Below, piece after piece: positions 35,899 through 50,388 of a stretch of DNA of 64,000 nucleotides. Within the stretch, counting starts at the first letter, position 1. Each line of letters begins with the position of its first letter. The DNA is from Methanotrichaceae archaeon (GTDB taxonomy: Archaea; Halobacteriota; Methanosarcinia; Methanotrichales; Methanotrichaceae), in assembly GCA_963813075.1 (NCBI GenBank), contig CAWEXU010000005.1, forward strand, positions 32,001 through 96,000, written 5' to 3'. The position numbers were made by a program, and so were the translations under genes. The notes under the pieces were generated by a model that saw nothing but the letters and a program-made list of their open reading frames with translations, made no database searches and was not told the origin of the DNA.

Positions 35899-36917
35899 TT
35901 GAACATGATGAGCACGATGAGCATGATGGATGCAGAGTTCTCTATAATCCTGGCTCTGCAAGAGCAGGACTGGGCCATCCCCATAATGAAATTCGCCTCC
36001 TTTTTGGGATCGCTGGAGTTCATGCTCCTTTCTATGCCCTTTCTGTTCTGGTGCTGGGATGCAAAGCAGGGCTTCAGGGTGGGGCTGATGCTGGTTACTA
36101 GCCACGGGCTGAATGCCGCCCTGAAGATCGCCCTGCACAGCCCCCGGCCCTACTGGATCGATCCGGATATTCGAGCCTGGAGCACTCAGCCCTCCTTTGG
36201 TATGCCCTCCGGGCACGCCCAGAATGCCGTCTCCATCTGGGGCCTGACCGCTCACTTCATCCATAAACCCTGGGCCTATATTCTGGCCGCAGGCGCCTGC
36301 CTTTTGATCGGCCTCTCTCGAGCCTATCTGGGAGTTCACTTCCCCAGTGATGTGATCGCTGGCTGGGCAATAGGTGCATTGCTTTTGGGCTCATTCATCT
36401 GGGCAATGCCAGGCCAAGAGGAGAGGATCGGGAGGATGAATCTGAAAGGGCAGATGCTGCTCGCAACCCTGGCCTCCTTTGCCATCATCGCCCTTTATCT
36501 CCTGGGCCTGGCGGGCATGGGGGGATGGCAGATGCCCCCGGTCTGGGAGGCCAATTCCTGGCGGCGACGGTAGAGCCCATCGATCCATTCAGCCCGGTGG
36601 ATGCGTTCAGTGCTGCCGGGATGATGCTGGGCATCTGTTCCGGCTATGCCATTTTAAAGAGAAAGGGAGGCTTTTTGGCAGACGGGCCACGGTCCTGCCG
36701 TCTGGTCCGCTATCTCCTGGGAATGATAGGAGTGGTCTTGATCTGGTACGGACTGGAGGAGGCGGTGCAGATAGAGGCTGCCGGCTGGGTCCTCGACTAC
36801 ACGAAGAGCATGCTGGCGGGGCTCTGGGTCACATTGGGGGCGCCATTGATGTTCATCGGCCTTGGCCTGGCCAGAAGGGAAAAGGTTGATGTTGATGGGC
36901 AGAAGCTCGGGCGCTGA
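35899..36917 (+). CDS. PAP2 family membrane phosphatase (frameshift near 36555)
   Basis: K..LHSPRP, PSGH, SRAYLGVHFPSDV. Confidence 0.88.
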
Positions 36918-36968
36918 ATGTCTGATACTATGCCGGACTTTATCTCAAGCATGTCTATCTCAAGCTGG

Positions 36969-37421
36969 CTATCTCAAGCCGGACTCGATCTTGTTCAGGT
37001 TCAGGATGATGTCCGCGGCCAGAATGTTGGTCAGGCCGTGGCGCTCGCATATGTTCAGCACCCGGTGAAGCTCGTCTCTTTGCATGGAGGCGGTGTTCTG
37101 AACAGCATACAGCATTCCCCCGGAGTAGCCCTCATCCTGGATGATGTCGTGCATGCTCTCCAGAATGGTCTGATCGAAGCTCATCCCGGTGGCCCCTATC
37201 TCCTGGATGGCGCTCTCCATGGCGCTGCTGTCCAGTGCCCGGCGATTTTTTTTTGATTCTCCTGCCTTTTTGATAAAATCGAGAGCCTCTTTGGAGATGC
37301 CCCGCAAGATCAGCTCGGAGGCCAATTTTTTTAAGGTCTTCTCCTGTAGAATAGCCTCGGCTTCAAGGGCCCTGTAAGCCTCGGGGGTGATCTCTATTCT
37401 GGTATATTTTGTGCTGGGCAT
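36969..37421 (-). CDS. Hypothetical protein, N-terminal ribbon-helix-helix-like
   Basis: TRIEITPEAYRALEAEAILQEKTLKKLASELI beta-alpha-alpha pattern. Confidence 0.6.
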   Translation of the reverse strand: MPSTKYTRIEITPEAYRALEAEAILQEKTLKKLASELILRGISKEALDFIKKAGESKKNRRALDSSAMESAIQEIGATGMSFDQTILESMHDIIQDEGYSGGMLYAVQNTASMQRDELHRVLNICERHGLTNILAADIILNLNKIESGLR

Positions 37422-37513
37422 TTGTATGCTGCGCCTCGGTTTTCTCGCGAGAGTGCTAATATAATTATTCCTATTAAAAGACTGCGATCATATGCGGAAA
37501 ACGCAGAAAAAAG

Positions 37514-38764
37514 TTATAGGGGATGGACCTTCTCCGGCAGCCACTCCCACCAGCCGCCCATCCTCAGGTCAGATGGAAGGATAAAGCTCGATCCAGGTCG
37601 ACCAGGCCTGAAGATTATAAGCAGCATCTGCTGGTCAGCCGTCTGGTGATCGTAGGCCGATCCAATTACCGCATATCCTCCTTCCATGGTCGTATCCACT
37701 CCGCTGGCTACATTGAATGAGTCGAGCACCTCTGGATAGATCTTCGACCAGATGACATCTCCATTGAGGTTGGTTCTTGTCACAAGGATCTGGGCAAAGC
37801 CGCTGCTTGCAGCTCTGGTGCCTGCACTGATCAGACCTTTGCCGTCCTTTGTCACCCTGATCTGGGATAAGGTGTCCTCAGAGGGATCGCCGATGTTCTT
37901 CTCCCAGGGGGATTTCCATCCCTCATAGAGCTTGATCAGCCAGCCGTCGCACTCCATATTGCTGCCAGGACACTTGGTCATGCCCAGGAGGGTTACGGTC
38001 CTGTTTCCCTGCTTCATGGCGACCAGAGAAGCCCCATATTCCGCCCCGCCGCAGCACTCAGGATACGACCCGGCAAACAGCCTTCTCCATCCCGGAACTC
38101 CCGCGGAATCGGTCTTCTGCAGCAGGATGCATTTATCTTTTGCCTCGTTGAAGACAAAGATTCCTGCGAGGATGTAGCCATCTACTGTCTGGTGTACCTC
38201 CAGGCCGCTATCATTGTACAGCCAGCCAAAGGTCCTGTCCCATCCACCGGGCCCGTCCTTGTCGCCCAGGGAGTCGGTCTTTATCAGCCAGATGTCATCG
38301 CCCCCGGCTCCCATTGAATCCGTGGTTCCTGCGATGATGTATCCGCCATCTTTGGTCTGGCTGACATAGTTTCCTATGCTCTTCCCCGCTCCTCCAAAGC
38401 CTCTCTCCCAGATCAATGTCCCATCCCTCTTATCGAACTTTGCCAGCCATAGATCTGAGCCCGTTGCACCGGTTACGACATAGTTGCCGTCTTTTGCCAC
38501 AGCTACAGAGCGGGCAATGCAATTTCCGATGACTTTATCCCATTTGATATTGCCGTTCTTATCGGTCTTAACCAGCCAGGCATCACTTCCATTCTGTCCG
38601 GCCAGAATGAATCCGTCCGCAGTGCTTCGAATAGACCGTCCATAATCGTCTTCTGGCCCGCCAAATTTTTTTGTTATTTCCAGGCCTGAGGCACCCATCA
38701 CCATCGATGAAATCAAGATAAAAAACAGGATGCAATGCCATCTAAATTGGCTTTTCTCGCTCAT
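37514..38764 (-). CDS. Secreted beta-propeller-like repeat protein
   Basis: Signal peptide; repeated DGGY/FILAG...D.WL.KTD..G...W units. Confidence 0.75.
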   Translation of the reverse strand: MSEKSQFRWHCILFFILISSMVMGASGLEITKKFGGPEDDYGRSIRSTADGFILAGQNGSDAWLVKTDKNGNIKWDKVIGNCIARSVAVAKDGNYVVTGATGSDLWLAKFDKRDGTLIWERGFGGAGKSIGNYVSQTKDGGYIIAGTTDSMGAGGDDIWLIKTDSLGDKDGPGGWDRTFGWLYNDSGLEVHQTVDGYILAGIFVFNEAKDKCILLQKTDSAGVPGWRRLFAGSYPECCGGAEYGASLVAMKQGNRTVTLLGMTKCPGSNMECDGWLIKLYEGWKSPWEKNIGDPSEDTLSQIRVTKDGKGLISAGTRAASSGFAQILVTRTNLNGDVIWSKIYPEVLDSFNVASGVDTTMEGGYAVIGSAYDHQTADQQMLLIIFRPGRPGSSFILPSDLRMGGWWEWLPEKVHPL

Positions 38765-38934
38765 GGTCGTTCCCCTTAATTTTTTATAACTCCTATTGGC
38801 GTTGAATCGATATAAATAGATTGGATAATCGTGATGAAATTTTTAGATATCCATGCCCCGCATATTATGGTGCTTTATCTCATCCAAAAGCTTTTCTTAT
38901 AAGCGATGGTTAGTGCAGATCGAGGGAAGCGAAA

Positions 38935-42870
<3,936 letters not shown>

Positions 42871-42941
42871 ATTCTCCAATTTACACCAGTATTTATTTAA
42901 GTAAATGCTTACATATAAGCGCATACAGAGGTGGCATATGC

Positions 42942-43529
42942 ATGAGTGGAAATCCGATCCTTGATTGGAACCATCAAGGGGTTCTTTATCCGATTGATCC
43001 ACGCAGCGGAGCCACTTCTAGAAATAGATCGCCTTATAAGGTCTCCCTAAATGATTTTGTTTTGCAATTTAGCACTTCGCCGGATCGTCAAAACTTGTTA
43101 AGTGGCCTTCTTTCTTTTCGCTCGGCATTGCACGGGGCCGGAATTAGCGCTGGTTTTCAGTGGCTAGATGGGAGTTTTCTAGAAAGGGTCGAATCATTGA
43201 GATCCTGCTCGCCCAACGATATCGATGTTGTTACATTTTACATTTTACCCGCTGGTCAAACACAACAAACGCTTGCTGCAAGCCACCCACAACTTTTCGA
43301 TCACGATTATCTTAAGAATAATTATCACGTTGATGCATATTTTTTCGAATTGAAGGGCAGCACAATTGTTAGACTCATCGCCGAGACCATATACTGGTAT
43401 AGCCTCTGGTCTCATCAACGTAATTCACTGTTATGGAAAGGGTATTTGCAGGTAGATCTTTCTCCAACCAATGATATTGTTGCTTTAGACCACCTTAATC
43501 GAATAAAACGTCAAGGTGGTCTTCCATGA
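42942..43529 (+). CDS. DUF6932-like protein, predicted Pol-beta-type nucleotidyltransferase fold
   Basis: FQWLDGSF...PNDIDVV (GS + DxD), later VDAY acidic residue. Confidence 0.7.
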   Translation: MSGNPILDWNHQGVLYPIDPRSGATSRNRSPYKVSLNDFVLQFSTSPDRQNLLSGLLSFRSALHGAGISAGFQWLDGSFLERVESLRSCSPNDIDVVTFYILPAGQTQQTLAASHPQLFDHDYLKNNYHVDAYFFELKGSTIVRLIAETIYWYSLWSHQRNSLLWKGYLQVDLSPTNDIVALDHLNRIKRQGGLP

Positions 43530-44456
43530 TTCTGAATGAACGCCAGTTTCTCGAATCAGAGATAACTACATTGGAGGAGTTGATAAGCCAAACACCCGAA
43601 GAAGACGTAATAGATCGAAAGAGTTTAGAAGCCCGAAAGAGGAATGTAGAGGTGCAATTATCCGCTCTATCAACAGACATTTAATGAACCGGTCCGTACT
43701 AGGTTAATATTTCAGGGGAAGCCTACGTTTAAAAATCGCGGAATATTCATGGACTTTGCAGGAATTGCGCTAGACAAATTTACGTCAATGGTCGCTGCGA
43801 TTGGTGCTAGTCAAACAAACGATTTGGGTTTGCGCGGCATAATTCCTAAGAAAGAAGATTATCAATTAATGATAACAGGAACAACGAAAGGGTCTTTCGG
43901 CTTTGAAATTGAAGAAGTACAGCCAAAGCTTTCTTCTGAAATCTCTCCCGTCAAGGCGGCAATTAATAAGGTCAACTTAATCATGGAACTGTCACCAGGA
44001 GCAAGCGACGATGATCTGGCAGAGATTATTGCAGATGAAAGCCAACGTGCGATTACTGCGATCAGAGCATTTCTCGATGTGATGGAAGATAATGAAGCAC
44101 AATTCGCTCTTGTATTGGATAGTGACATTGATGATCATGCTCAATTCGTTGGAGTAGAACAAATTAAACGCATTAAAGAGCGGCTTAAGCCCGAAAATAT
44201 TCGCGAAGGTGAGACAGAGCTTTTGGGCAAATTCCAGGGTACCATATCTACAAGACGTCTTTTTGAATTTTTAATAGAAAATCCCCCTGAGATAATTGTA
44301 GGCAAGGTTGGACCAGAAATTGAAGATCCGATTAAAATCAATCAAATTCTCGAAAAACCAACAAGAATTCAAGTCCATACAAAGCAAGTAGGGAAAAGTC
44401 GACCTACTTATAGGCTTATCAGTGTTGAAGATCTGAAAAAGACACCCCCCATTTAG
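43526..44456 (+). CDS. Hypothetical protein coupled to the NTase-like gene (frameshift near 43680)
   Basis: ATGA overlap; MILNERQFLESEITTLEELISQTPEEDVIDRKSL.. joins ..EPVRTRLIFQGKP..MDFAG..GSFGFEIEE. Confidence 0.65.
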
Positions 44457-44592
44457 TCCGAATCCAAGCGCAAAGAGCTGCTGGAGCGTCTGAATCGGAT
44501 CCCAGGATTCAGCATTCCAGATGATGCCATCGAGCGCCGCCCGAATGTTTATTTGGCAGTACTAAAGAACAAGGATGCACTGGATCAGTTAT
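44457..44592 (+). pseudogene. C-terminal fragment of another gene
   Basis: Higher-GC stretch translating SESKRKELLERLNRIPGFSIPDDAIERRPNVYLAVLKNKDALDQL with no start codon. Confidence 0.45.
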
Positions 44593-44724
44593 GGGTTTGC
44601 ATCACGATGGAGATCGATGAGGATTGGATAACTGGTAATAGGTATTTATCTTGGGGGGAGTCAGTAGAATCCGGATACAAGGGTTAATGAGTTGAAACCG
44701 TAAGCACGATCGGGAGGAAAATTT

Positions 44725-45021
44725 ATGGCATCTTTGTGGTGGAACAGCGAAGTCCGGAATGTTAGCGTGGCTTTATCTGGAATAGGTGAGTTGAAGTTAG
44801 TCATATCGAATTCTTTGAAAAAAAAGGGTTTTTCAGATGTGCGCCTTAACAACCTTGAAGTCGCCGGTGGAAAGAACGGTGTTTGGATCTCAATCGGCCA
44901 TTTTCACATTGCTGACCGGCAATTCTGGGAAATCGTGATGGGCAGCGGCGACAGCGTAGAGCAAACAAAAGGGGTTGTTAACGAGGTTGTGACCCTTCTC
45001 CGTGACCTGAGATTTCTATGA
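44725..45021 (+). CDS. Hypothetical protein (98 aa)
   Basis: GGAGG RBS, ATGA overlap with next ORF. Confidence 0.65.
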   Translation: MASLWWNSEVRNVSVALSGIGELKLVISNSLKKKGFSDVRLNNLEVAGGKNGVWISIGHFHIADRQFWEIVMGSGDSVEQTKGVVNEVVTLLRDLRFL

Positions 45022-45542
45022 TGATAAATGCCTTGTTTGAAAATGAGTTATCCCTTGGAGTTCTCCTGCTGGCCTTGTGGTCGGCGACAATTTATATTAT
45101 TAGGTCGATTGTGGATAAGAGCATTGATGCAAAATTCGAGGCTTACTCAAAACGATTTGAAACCCGTTTAGACTTTGAGCAAAAAATTTTGAGCGAACGT
45201 TATACTCTCATAATGGAGCTATCAAGGCGTCTGGAAAAAGTAATGACAAATCTCAATAGGAAAAAAAACAGCATGCCATTACCGGATGGATTCATTACCG
45301 CAACAAATGAAATCGTGCCTCTCACAGAAATTTTTGAAGATCTAGAGATCAATCGATTAGCCCTCACAGAGAGATTCTATCTGCTCTTCACTGAACAGGC
45401 AAAGTTGGCCCTCAGAGCGGCAAATGCAGTTGATTCGGAATGGCAGGAAATATTTGAGGATTGGGCAAACCTCCGTGCTGAAATTCGAGCCGCCACCGAT
45501 GAAGTTTTCGCGCTAAGCAAAATCAAAATGCAGCTTCAATAA
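45018..45542 (+). CDS. Hypothetical protein with N-terminal TM helix and helical soluble domain
   Basis: LGVLLLALWSATIYII hydrophobic segment; coupled to upstream ORF. Confidence 0.65.
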   Translation: MMINALFENELSLGVLLLALWSATIYIIRSIVDKSIDAKFEAYSKRFETRLDFEQKILSERYTLIMELSRRLEKVMTNLNRKKNSMPLPDGFITATNEIVPLTEIFEDLEINRLALTERFYLLFTEQAKLALRAANAVDSEWQEIFEDWANLRAEIRAATDEVFALSKIKMQLQ

Positions 45543-45604
45543 ACTCAAAGGCAGGCAATCCATATTCGAAATCCTCTTAAATCGTCCGCACAAATCATCA
45601 TTCA

Positions 45605-46603
45605 ATGAATCAGAACCAGAGCCCCAACTATCTCATTTACGGCGCAGGAGCCATTGGCAGCGTCCTGGGAGCCTTCCTGCACAAGATCAATAGATCGGTG
45701 ACCTTTGCCGGCAGAGGGGCGCACTTTTCAGCCATCAAAGAGCAGGGCCTGAGGATCACCGGCATCTGGGGCGAGCACCTGGTCCCCAAAGAGGAGATCA
45801 TCACTCTTTTCGATCCACTGAATAGCGAAAAGAGATTCTCGACCATCCTCCTATCGGTCAAATCCAAGGACACGGAAAAGGCCGCCCGGGAGGCCGCCCC
45901 TCTCTTAGCAGAGGACGGTATCATGGTCTCCATCCAGAACGGCCTGGGCAACTGGGAGACCATCGCCAGGTTCGTGGGCGAGAACAGGACGGTGGGGGCG
46001 CGGGTGATCTTCGGAGCAGAGATCCCAGTTCCCGGACTGGCAAAGGTCACTGTGAATGCGGACGACGTCCTCTTGGGCGAGCCCTTCTGCCCGGTGAACC
46101 GGGCTTTATTGCAGACACTGAATGAAGACCTTAGGCTTTCCGGCATCCCGGCAAGGGTGGTCTCAAAAGAGGATATCCGTTCCGCCCTCTGGGGAAAGGT
46201 GCTCTACAACTGCTCTCTCAATCCTTTGGGGGCGATCCTTGAGGTTCCTTACGGCCGGCTGGGGGAGAACGAGGAGACGAGGAAGATAATCCGGGGGATC
46301 ATAGAGGAGATATTCCAGGTCTCTCAGGCCCTGAATGTCCCCCTTCCCTACCGGAGTGCAGATGATTACTACCGCTTTCTATTGGAGACCCAGCTCCCGC
46401 CCACCCGCGATCACCGCGCCAGCATGCTGCAGGACATCCTGGCCAAAAGAAAAACGGAGATCGATGCCCTGAACGGGGCCATCTCTCGCCTGGCCCGGGA
46501 GAATGGGATTCCTGCCCCCTATAACGACCTTCTCACCCTGCTCATTAAGTTCAAGGAGAAGGGGGTGAGCCAGGAGGGCCGGGGTCCTGGCTCGCGGAGC
46601 TGA
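45605..46603 (+). CDS. panE: 2-dehydropantoate 2-reductase
   Basis: GAGAIG, SIQNGLG, WGKVLYN, SMLQD..TEIDALNG. Confidence 0.92.
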   Translation: MNQNQSPNYLIYGAGAIGSVLGAFLHKINRSVTFAGRGAHFSAIKEQGLRITGIWGEHLVPKEEIITLFDPLNSEKRFSTILLSVKSKDTEKAAREAAPLLAEDGIMVSIQNGLGNWETIARFVGENRTVGARVIFGAEIPVPGLAKVTVNADDVLLGEPFCPVNRALLQTLNEDLRLSGIPARVVSKEDIRSALWGKVLYNCSLNPLGAILEVPYGRLGENEETRKIIRGIIEEIFQVSQALNVPLPYRSADDYYRFLLETQLPPTRDHRASMLQDILAKRKTEIDALNGAISRLARENGIPAPYNDLLTLLIKFKEKGVSQEGRGPGSRS

Positions 46604-46696
46604 AGCTGGCTGCCGGAAGCTGTACGCTGCAATCAAGCCCCGGCTGACCCTGCTGACCAGGCTGACGATCCTCCAGATAACCGGGCATGAGGATCT

Positions 46697-47317
46697 TCAG
46701 ATGACATGCGGAATGAACATCTTCGTTTTCTTTTTGTAATCGATATACTCCTGGCCGAACTCCTTGACCATGTCTGCCTCCTCTCTCTTCGCCAGACGGT
46801 AGTAGAGGACGACCAGCAGGACATAGAGAATGAGCAACGGCAATGTGACCCATTCCAGCATCATTCCAAAGGTGATCAGGAAGAATCCGATGTACTGTGG
46901 ATGGCGGATATGGCGGTATATGCCGGTCTGGACCAGTTTGCCCTCTCCTGCCTCCTGGCTCCAGTACTCCTTATGAATCTGCCTCCAGCCCACCAGCACC
47001 AGGACAATGCCCAAGAGAGAGACCATAATCCCCAGATACATCCCCCACAGGCCGATGTACTGGCCCAGGGTGTGTCCCCAAAAGACCCCCTCCGGCAGCC
47101 AGATGCCAAACAGCCAGCCCAGGGCATACATGCTGAAGGGAATCCCGAACATCTCCACTGCAAATGCCAGCACAAAAGCGGCATAGACCCCGGCCGGCTT
47201 TATGTGGCTCTTTTTGTAGAAGGGGACAAACAGAAGAAAAATGCCGTAAATGACAATCCAGACAAGAACCGCCCACCACATTCCAAAGTGGGACCAAATA
47301 TCCTCGTTCAATACCAT
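46697..47317 (-). CDS. Isoprenylcysteine carboxyl methyltransferase / PEMT-like membrane protein
   Basis: GIYRHIRHPQY, REE..FG..Y..Y. Confidence 0.88.
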   Translation of the reverse strand: MVLNEDIWSHFGMWWAVLVWIVIYGIFLLFVPFYKKSHIKPAGVYAAFVLAFAVEMFGIPFSMYALGWLFGIWLPEGVFWGHTLGQYIGLWGMYLGIMVSLLGIVLVLVGWRQIHKEYWSQEAGEGKLVQTGIYRHIRHPQYIGFFLITFGMMLEWVTLPLLILYVLLVVLYYRLAKREEADMVKEFGQEYIDYKKKTKMFIPHVI

Positions 47318-47552
47318 GTCAGGTCATCTGATTTAATTTTTCTTTTTCAAATAAGCGGTGCATAAACTCAATTGCTGCCTTACAGCTTCTAGGCAGTTGA
47401 ACACATCGATCTTTAAGTACTTTTCTGCCATTGCTGCCGCGGGGAAGGCATTTATCGCCGCCCAGGCAAAGGGGGGCCAAGGCCCTCATCATTTTTCCTG
47501 AAGAAAGCTTTTTCATCCATCCGCGACAATATTTTATGAGGAGCTGAAGGAT

Positions 47553-47930
47553 ATGGAAGGACTGACTGACATTCTGAAGACCATAACCACGGAGATGCAA
47601 AAGTCCCTCTCCCCCCGGACAGCGGTTGGCGATCCCATCACGGTAGAGGGGAAGACCATAGTGCCACTGATGAGCGTGGGGATGGGCTTTGGGGCTGGAT
47701 CCGGGACGGGAAAGGAGACCGATCCCTCGGGAGGAGCAGGCGGTGGGGGCCTGGGTATGAAGCCCATAGCCGTGGTGATAATCGACCAGCAGGGAGTGAG
47801 AATAGAGAGGATGAAGGAGAGCCGTGACACCCTGGTCGATCACCTGGTGGAAGCGGTGCCCAGGTTTATGGAGAACATCTCCCGCAAAAAGGAGACCAGG
47901 GTGGAGATCGAGGGGGCCGGAGGGGATTGA
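47553..47930 (+). CDS. GerW/YtfJ family protein
   Basis: VGDPITVEGKTIVPL..GFGAG..GGGG..PIAV. Confidence 0.88.
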   Translation: MEGLTDILKTITTEMQKSLSPRTAVGDPITVEGKTIVPLMSVGMGFGAGSGTGKETDPSGGAGGGGLGMKPIAVVIIDQQGVRIERMKESRDTLVDHLVEAVPRFMENISRKKETRVEIEGAGGD

Positions 47931-48011
47931 AGGAATCTGGCGGGACAGAGCAGTTGATATTCCAGCAATTATCGTCGGCTCGTGGATCCCGCCATCGTGG
48001 TTTATTCTGCT

Positions 48012-48464
48012 TTAGACTTCAAGCTCCTTGCCTGCATCCTGCCAGGCAGAAATTCCGCCCTGCACAATCCATGCGTCGCGGTCACCGAATACTCTTAGCA
48101 TAGCTACAGCCAAGGCGGAGTTGGTATCGTAAGTGCAGACCACTGCGATCTTCTTGTCAGCAGGAACGGCATCCATATCAGAGACGATATTCGTGAACGG
48201 GATGTTCATAGAATTGGGAATATGCCCTGATGCATAGCCCTCCTCCGGTCTTACGTCCAGGATGACCCAATCAGCCATTTCGGTTTCGTTCTCCGTGGCA
48301 TTAATCACATCTGAGACGGGTATGAGATAAAGACCGTTATCCATCATGCCCTTCATGACGTCATCTGCTTTCATCATATAGTCCGGCGAAGCCTCTTGCC
48401 CGGCTGCCAGCAGGCCGAGAACTGGTATTAGTACTGCTAATATTGCCACAATTATCCTTTTCAT
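48012..48464 (-). CDS. Exported rhodanese-domain protein
   Basis: Signal peptide, LDVRP..Y..GHIP.S.NIP, VVC active-site loop, GGISAW. Confidence 0.88.
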   Translation of the reverse strand: MKRIIVAILAVLIPVLGLLAAGQEASPDYMMKADDVMKGMMDNGLYLIPVSDVINATENETEMADWVILDVRPEEGYASGHIPNSMNIPFTNIVSDMDAVPADKKIAVVCTYDTNSALAVAMLRVFGDRDAWIVQGGISAWQDAGKELEV

Positions 48465-48917
48465 AGAAATCACGGTTTAACTTACGCCGGCTAAATATTT
48501 AAGTATTACTACAAAATGACAAATTGATCTATTAATAGTCCATAATTTGCCATTATATCATTAATTATAATGCCAAAAGCGTTTTCTTGAGCAAAACCCG
48601 GCATTCTCCTGGTCGTGGCATCCTTCTTCCAAGGTGATTCGAATACTTGCTAATATCCAATTCTGAATAGTCGAGAATCCGCCATTAGTCGGCCTTCTCA
48701 GAGAATGCCGCACTCATCAAGCTCAGCGATCGAATGTGCGATCTTAACGGCAACCTTGACACCGCCCGCCGTCTTTCGCGATCTGGTTATGAGATCTGCT
48801 GGCTGGCCAGACGCCGGCTAGCCTTTCATGCAATCCTTTTCTTAGCCCCTGATCCAGAAGCCTCGTTCTCCCCCGGATCGAAAGCTTTTTTATACTCTAA
48901 TTCATTCCTTATGGGGA

Positions 48918-49202
48918 ATGAGCGAGGGAAATATCGAAGAGGAAAAGAAGAGCTCTGCCAGGCAGAAGCCCGATCAAAAGAATAAGCTGGACCTGAAAAG
49001 CAAGCTGGAAGATGTGGACCTGGGGGTCACAATGCCCTCAACCAACATAAATGAATACATCCGCGTCCTGAAGCTGGCTCGAAAGCCCACCAGAGAAGAG
49101 TTCAACATGATCGCCAAGATATCCATGGCCGGCATAGGAATCATTGGGTCCCTTGGCTTTGTCATATACGCATTGCTCACAGAACTTCCCAAAATGTTTT
49201 AA
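48918..49202 (+). CDS. secE: Protein translocase SecE/Sec61-gamma
   Basis: EYIRVLKLARKPTREEF..G.GIIG.LGFVIY. Confidence 0.92.
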   Translation: MSEGNIEEEKKSSARQKPDQKNKLDLKSKLEDVDLGVTMPSTNINEYIRVLKLARKPTREEFNMIAKISMAGIGIIGSLGFVIYALLTELPKMF

Positions 49203-49272
49203 ATGAGGCTGCTCAAGTCCAGAGCAGCCATAAACTAGCTTTGCTTTGTCTTCTTTTATCCTTTTGGACTCT

Positions 49273-50383
49273 CTATTCAGCCTGGGCTTTATTCATAGCC
49301 CGGAGGGTGGCTCCAAACTCCGATTCCACAATTGAGCTCACTCCCATGGTCTTGGGGTGCAGATCGATCTCCACCATGACATGCTGATGGCCCAGATCGC
49401 GCAGGGGCTTGACCTGGCGGGGTCCGTTGGTGATGGAGAAGACCTCCAGGCCCTGCAGGGCGGACGCGGTCAGGGCATGGGGCACACCGGAAACCACGGC
49501 AAAGTCGTAGCTGCCCTCCTGGACCCGCTGAGCGATGATGTCCCCGGTAACCGGATACTCGTCCAGACCTCCGATAAGGCTGAACTGGACGCCCCTGTCC
49601 CGAAGGTCGCGAGCGACATTGAAGGCGTCCCTCCTCACCTTGGGCAGGCCGAGCTGATCGTCCAGGTTGGCCAGGGTGTCCACCTGCCCTCCAGCCACCT
49701 CGGCCACCGCGGCGGTGATGTCCGCAAACATATAGGCGGTCTCCTTCTTGGCATTGAGGATATTCAGGCCCCGCTTCCCCTGCCGGATCAGCTCCAACAG
49801 CCTTTCTGCCGCCTGATACTTCAGGTCGCCCCTCTCCGGAGCCAGGTACTCGGCGCTGGCCGCCCCTCTGCAGACGTTCCACCTCGGTCGCCTTCTCCAG
49901 CAGAGTCTTCTGGCGGACGAACTCCTGCTCATCTATTATCCCCAAATCCTTTGCCGCCTCAAGAGTGATGATCACCCCCTTGGTGTTATCCCGGTAGCCG
50001 GCATGAACCTCCACCTCCAGCACCGGTATATTCAGGTCCGCCTCTAAAACTGCCTGATGCAGGTCATCGCCGATGATCATGCTGCTGCAGGTACCGGATA
50101 TGGCCATCAGCCGGGGATGAAACAATTCCACCGCCTTCTTGAGAAGAGCAGTCAGCGGCTTGTGGCCGCCGAAGACGAACCCGGCTTCGTCCAGTGCTGT
50201 GGTCAGGACCCTCACTCCGTCCTCCTCCAGCAGCCGGGCGTGCTTGAAGCAGCATCCGCTCGGGCCGTGCAGTATGACCACCTCCGCCCCCAGGTCGCGC
50301 AGGGTGTATAAAGCGGCCACAATTGAACTCGGCCGGGGATGAAGCACATTCAAATTTTGCATTTCGCTTGCTATTATTGCCAT
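49273..50383 (-). CDS. cfbD: Ni-sirohydrochlorin a,c-diamide reductive cyclase catalytic subunit (frameshift near 49865)
   Basis: [37 protein letters not shown]; adjacent to cfbE/cfbA. Confidence 0.9.
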
Positions 50384-50388
50384 TATTA

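Noticed and set aside
44454..44456. Pyrrolysine readthrough at the in-frame TAG
   Set aside because: No pyl genes in the window, Methanothrix is not known to use Pyl, and the GC shift points to a recombination junction.
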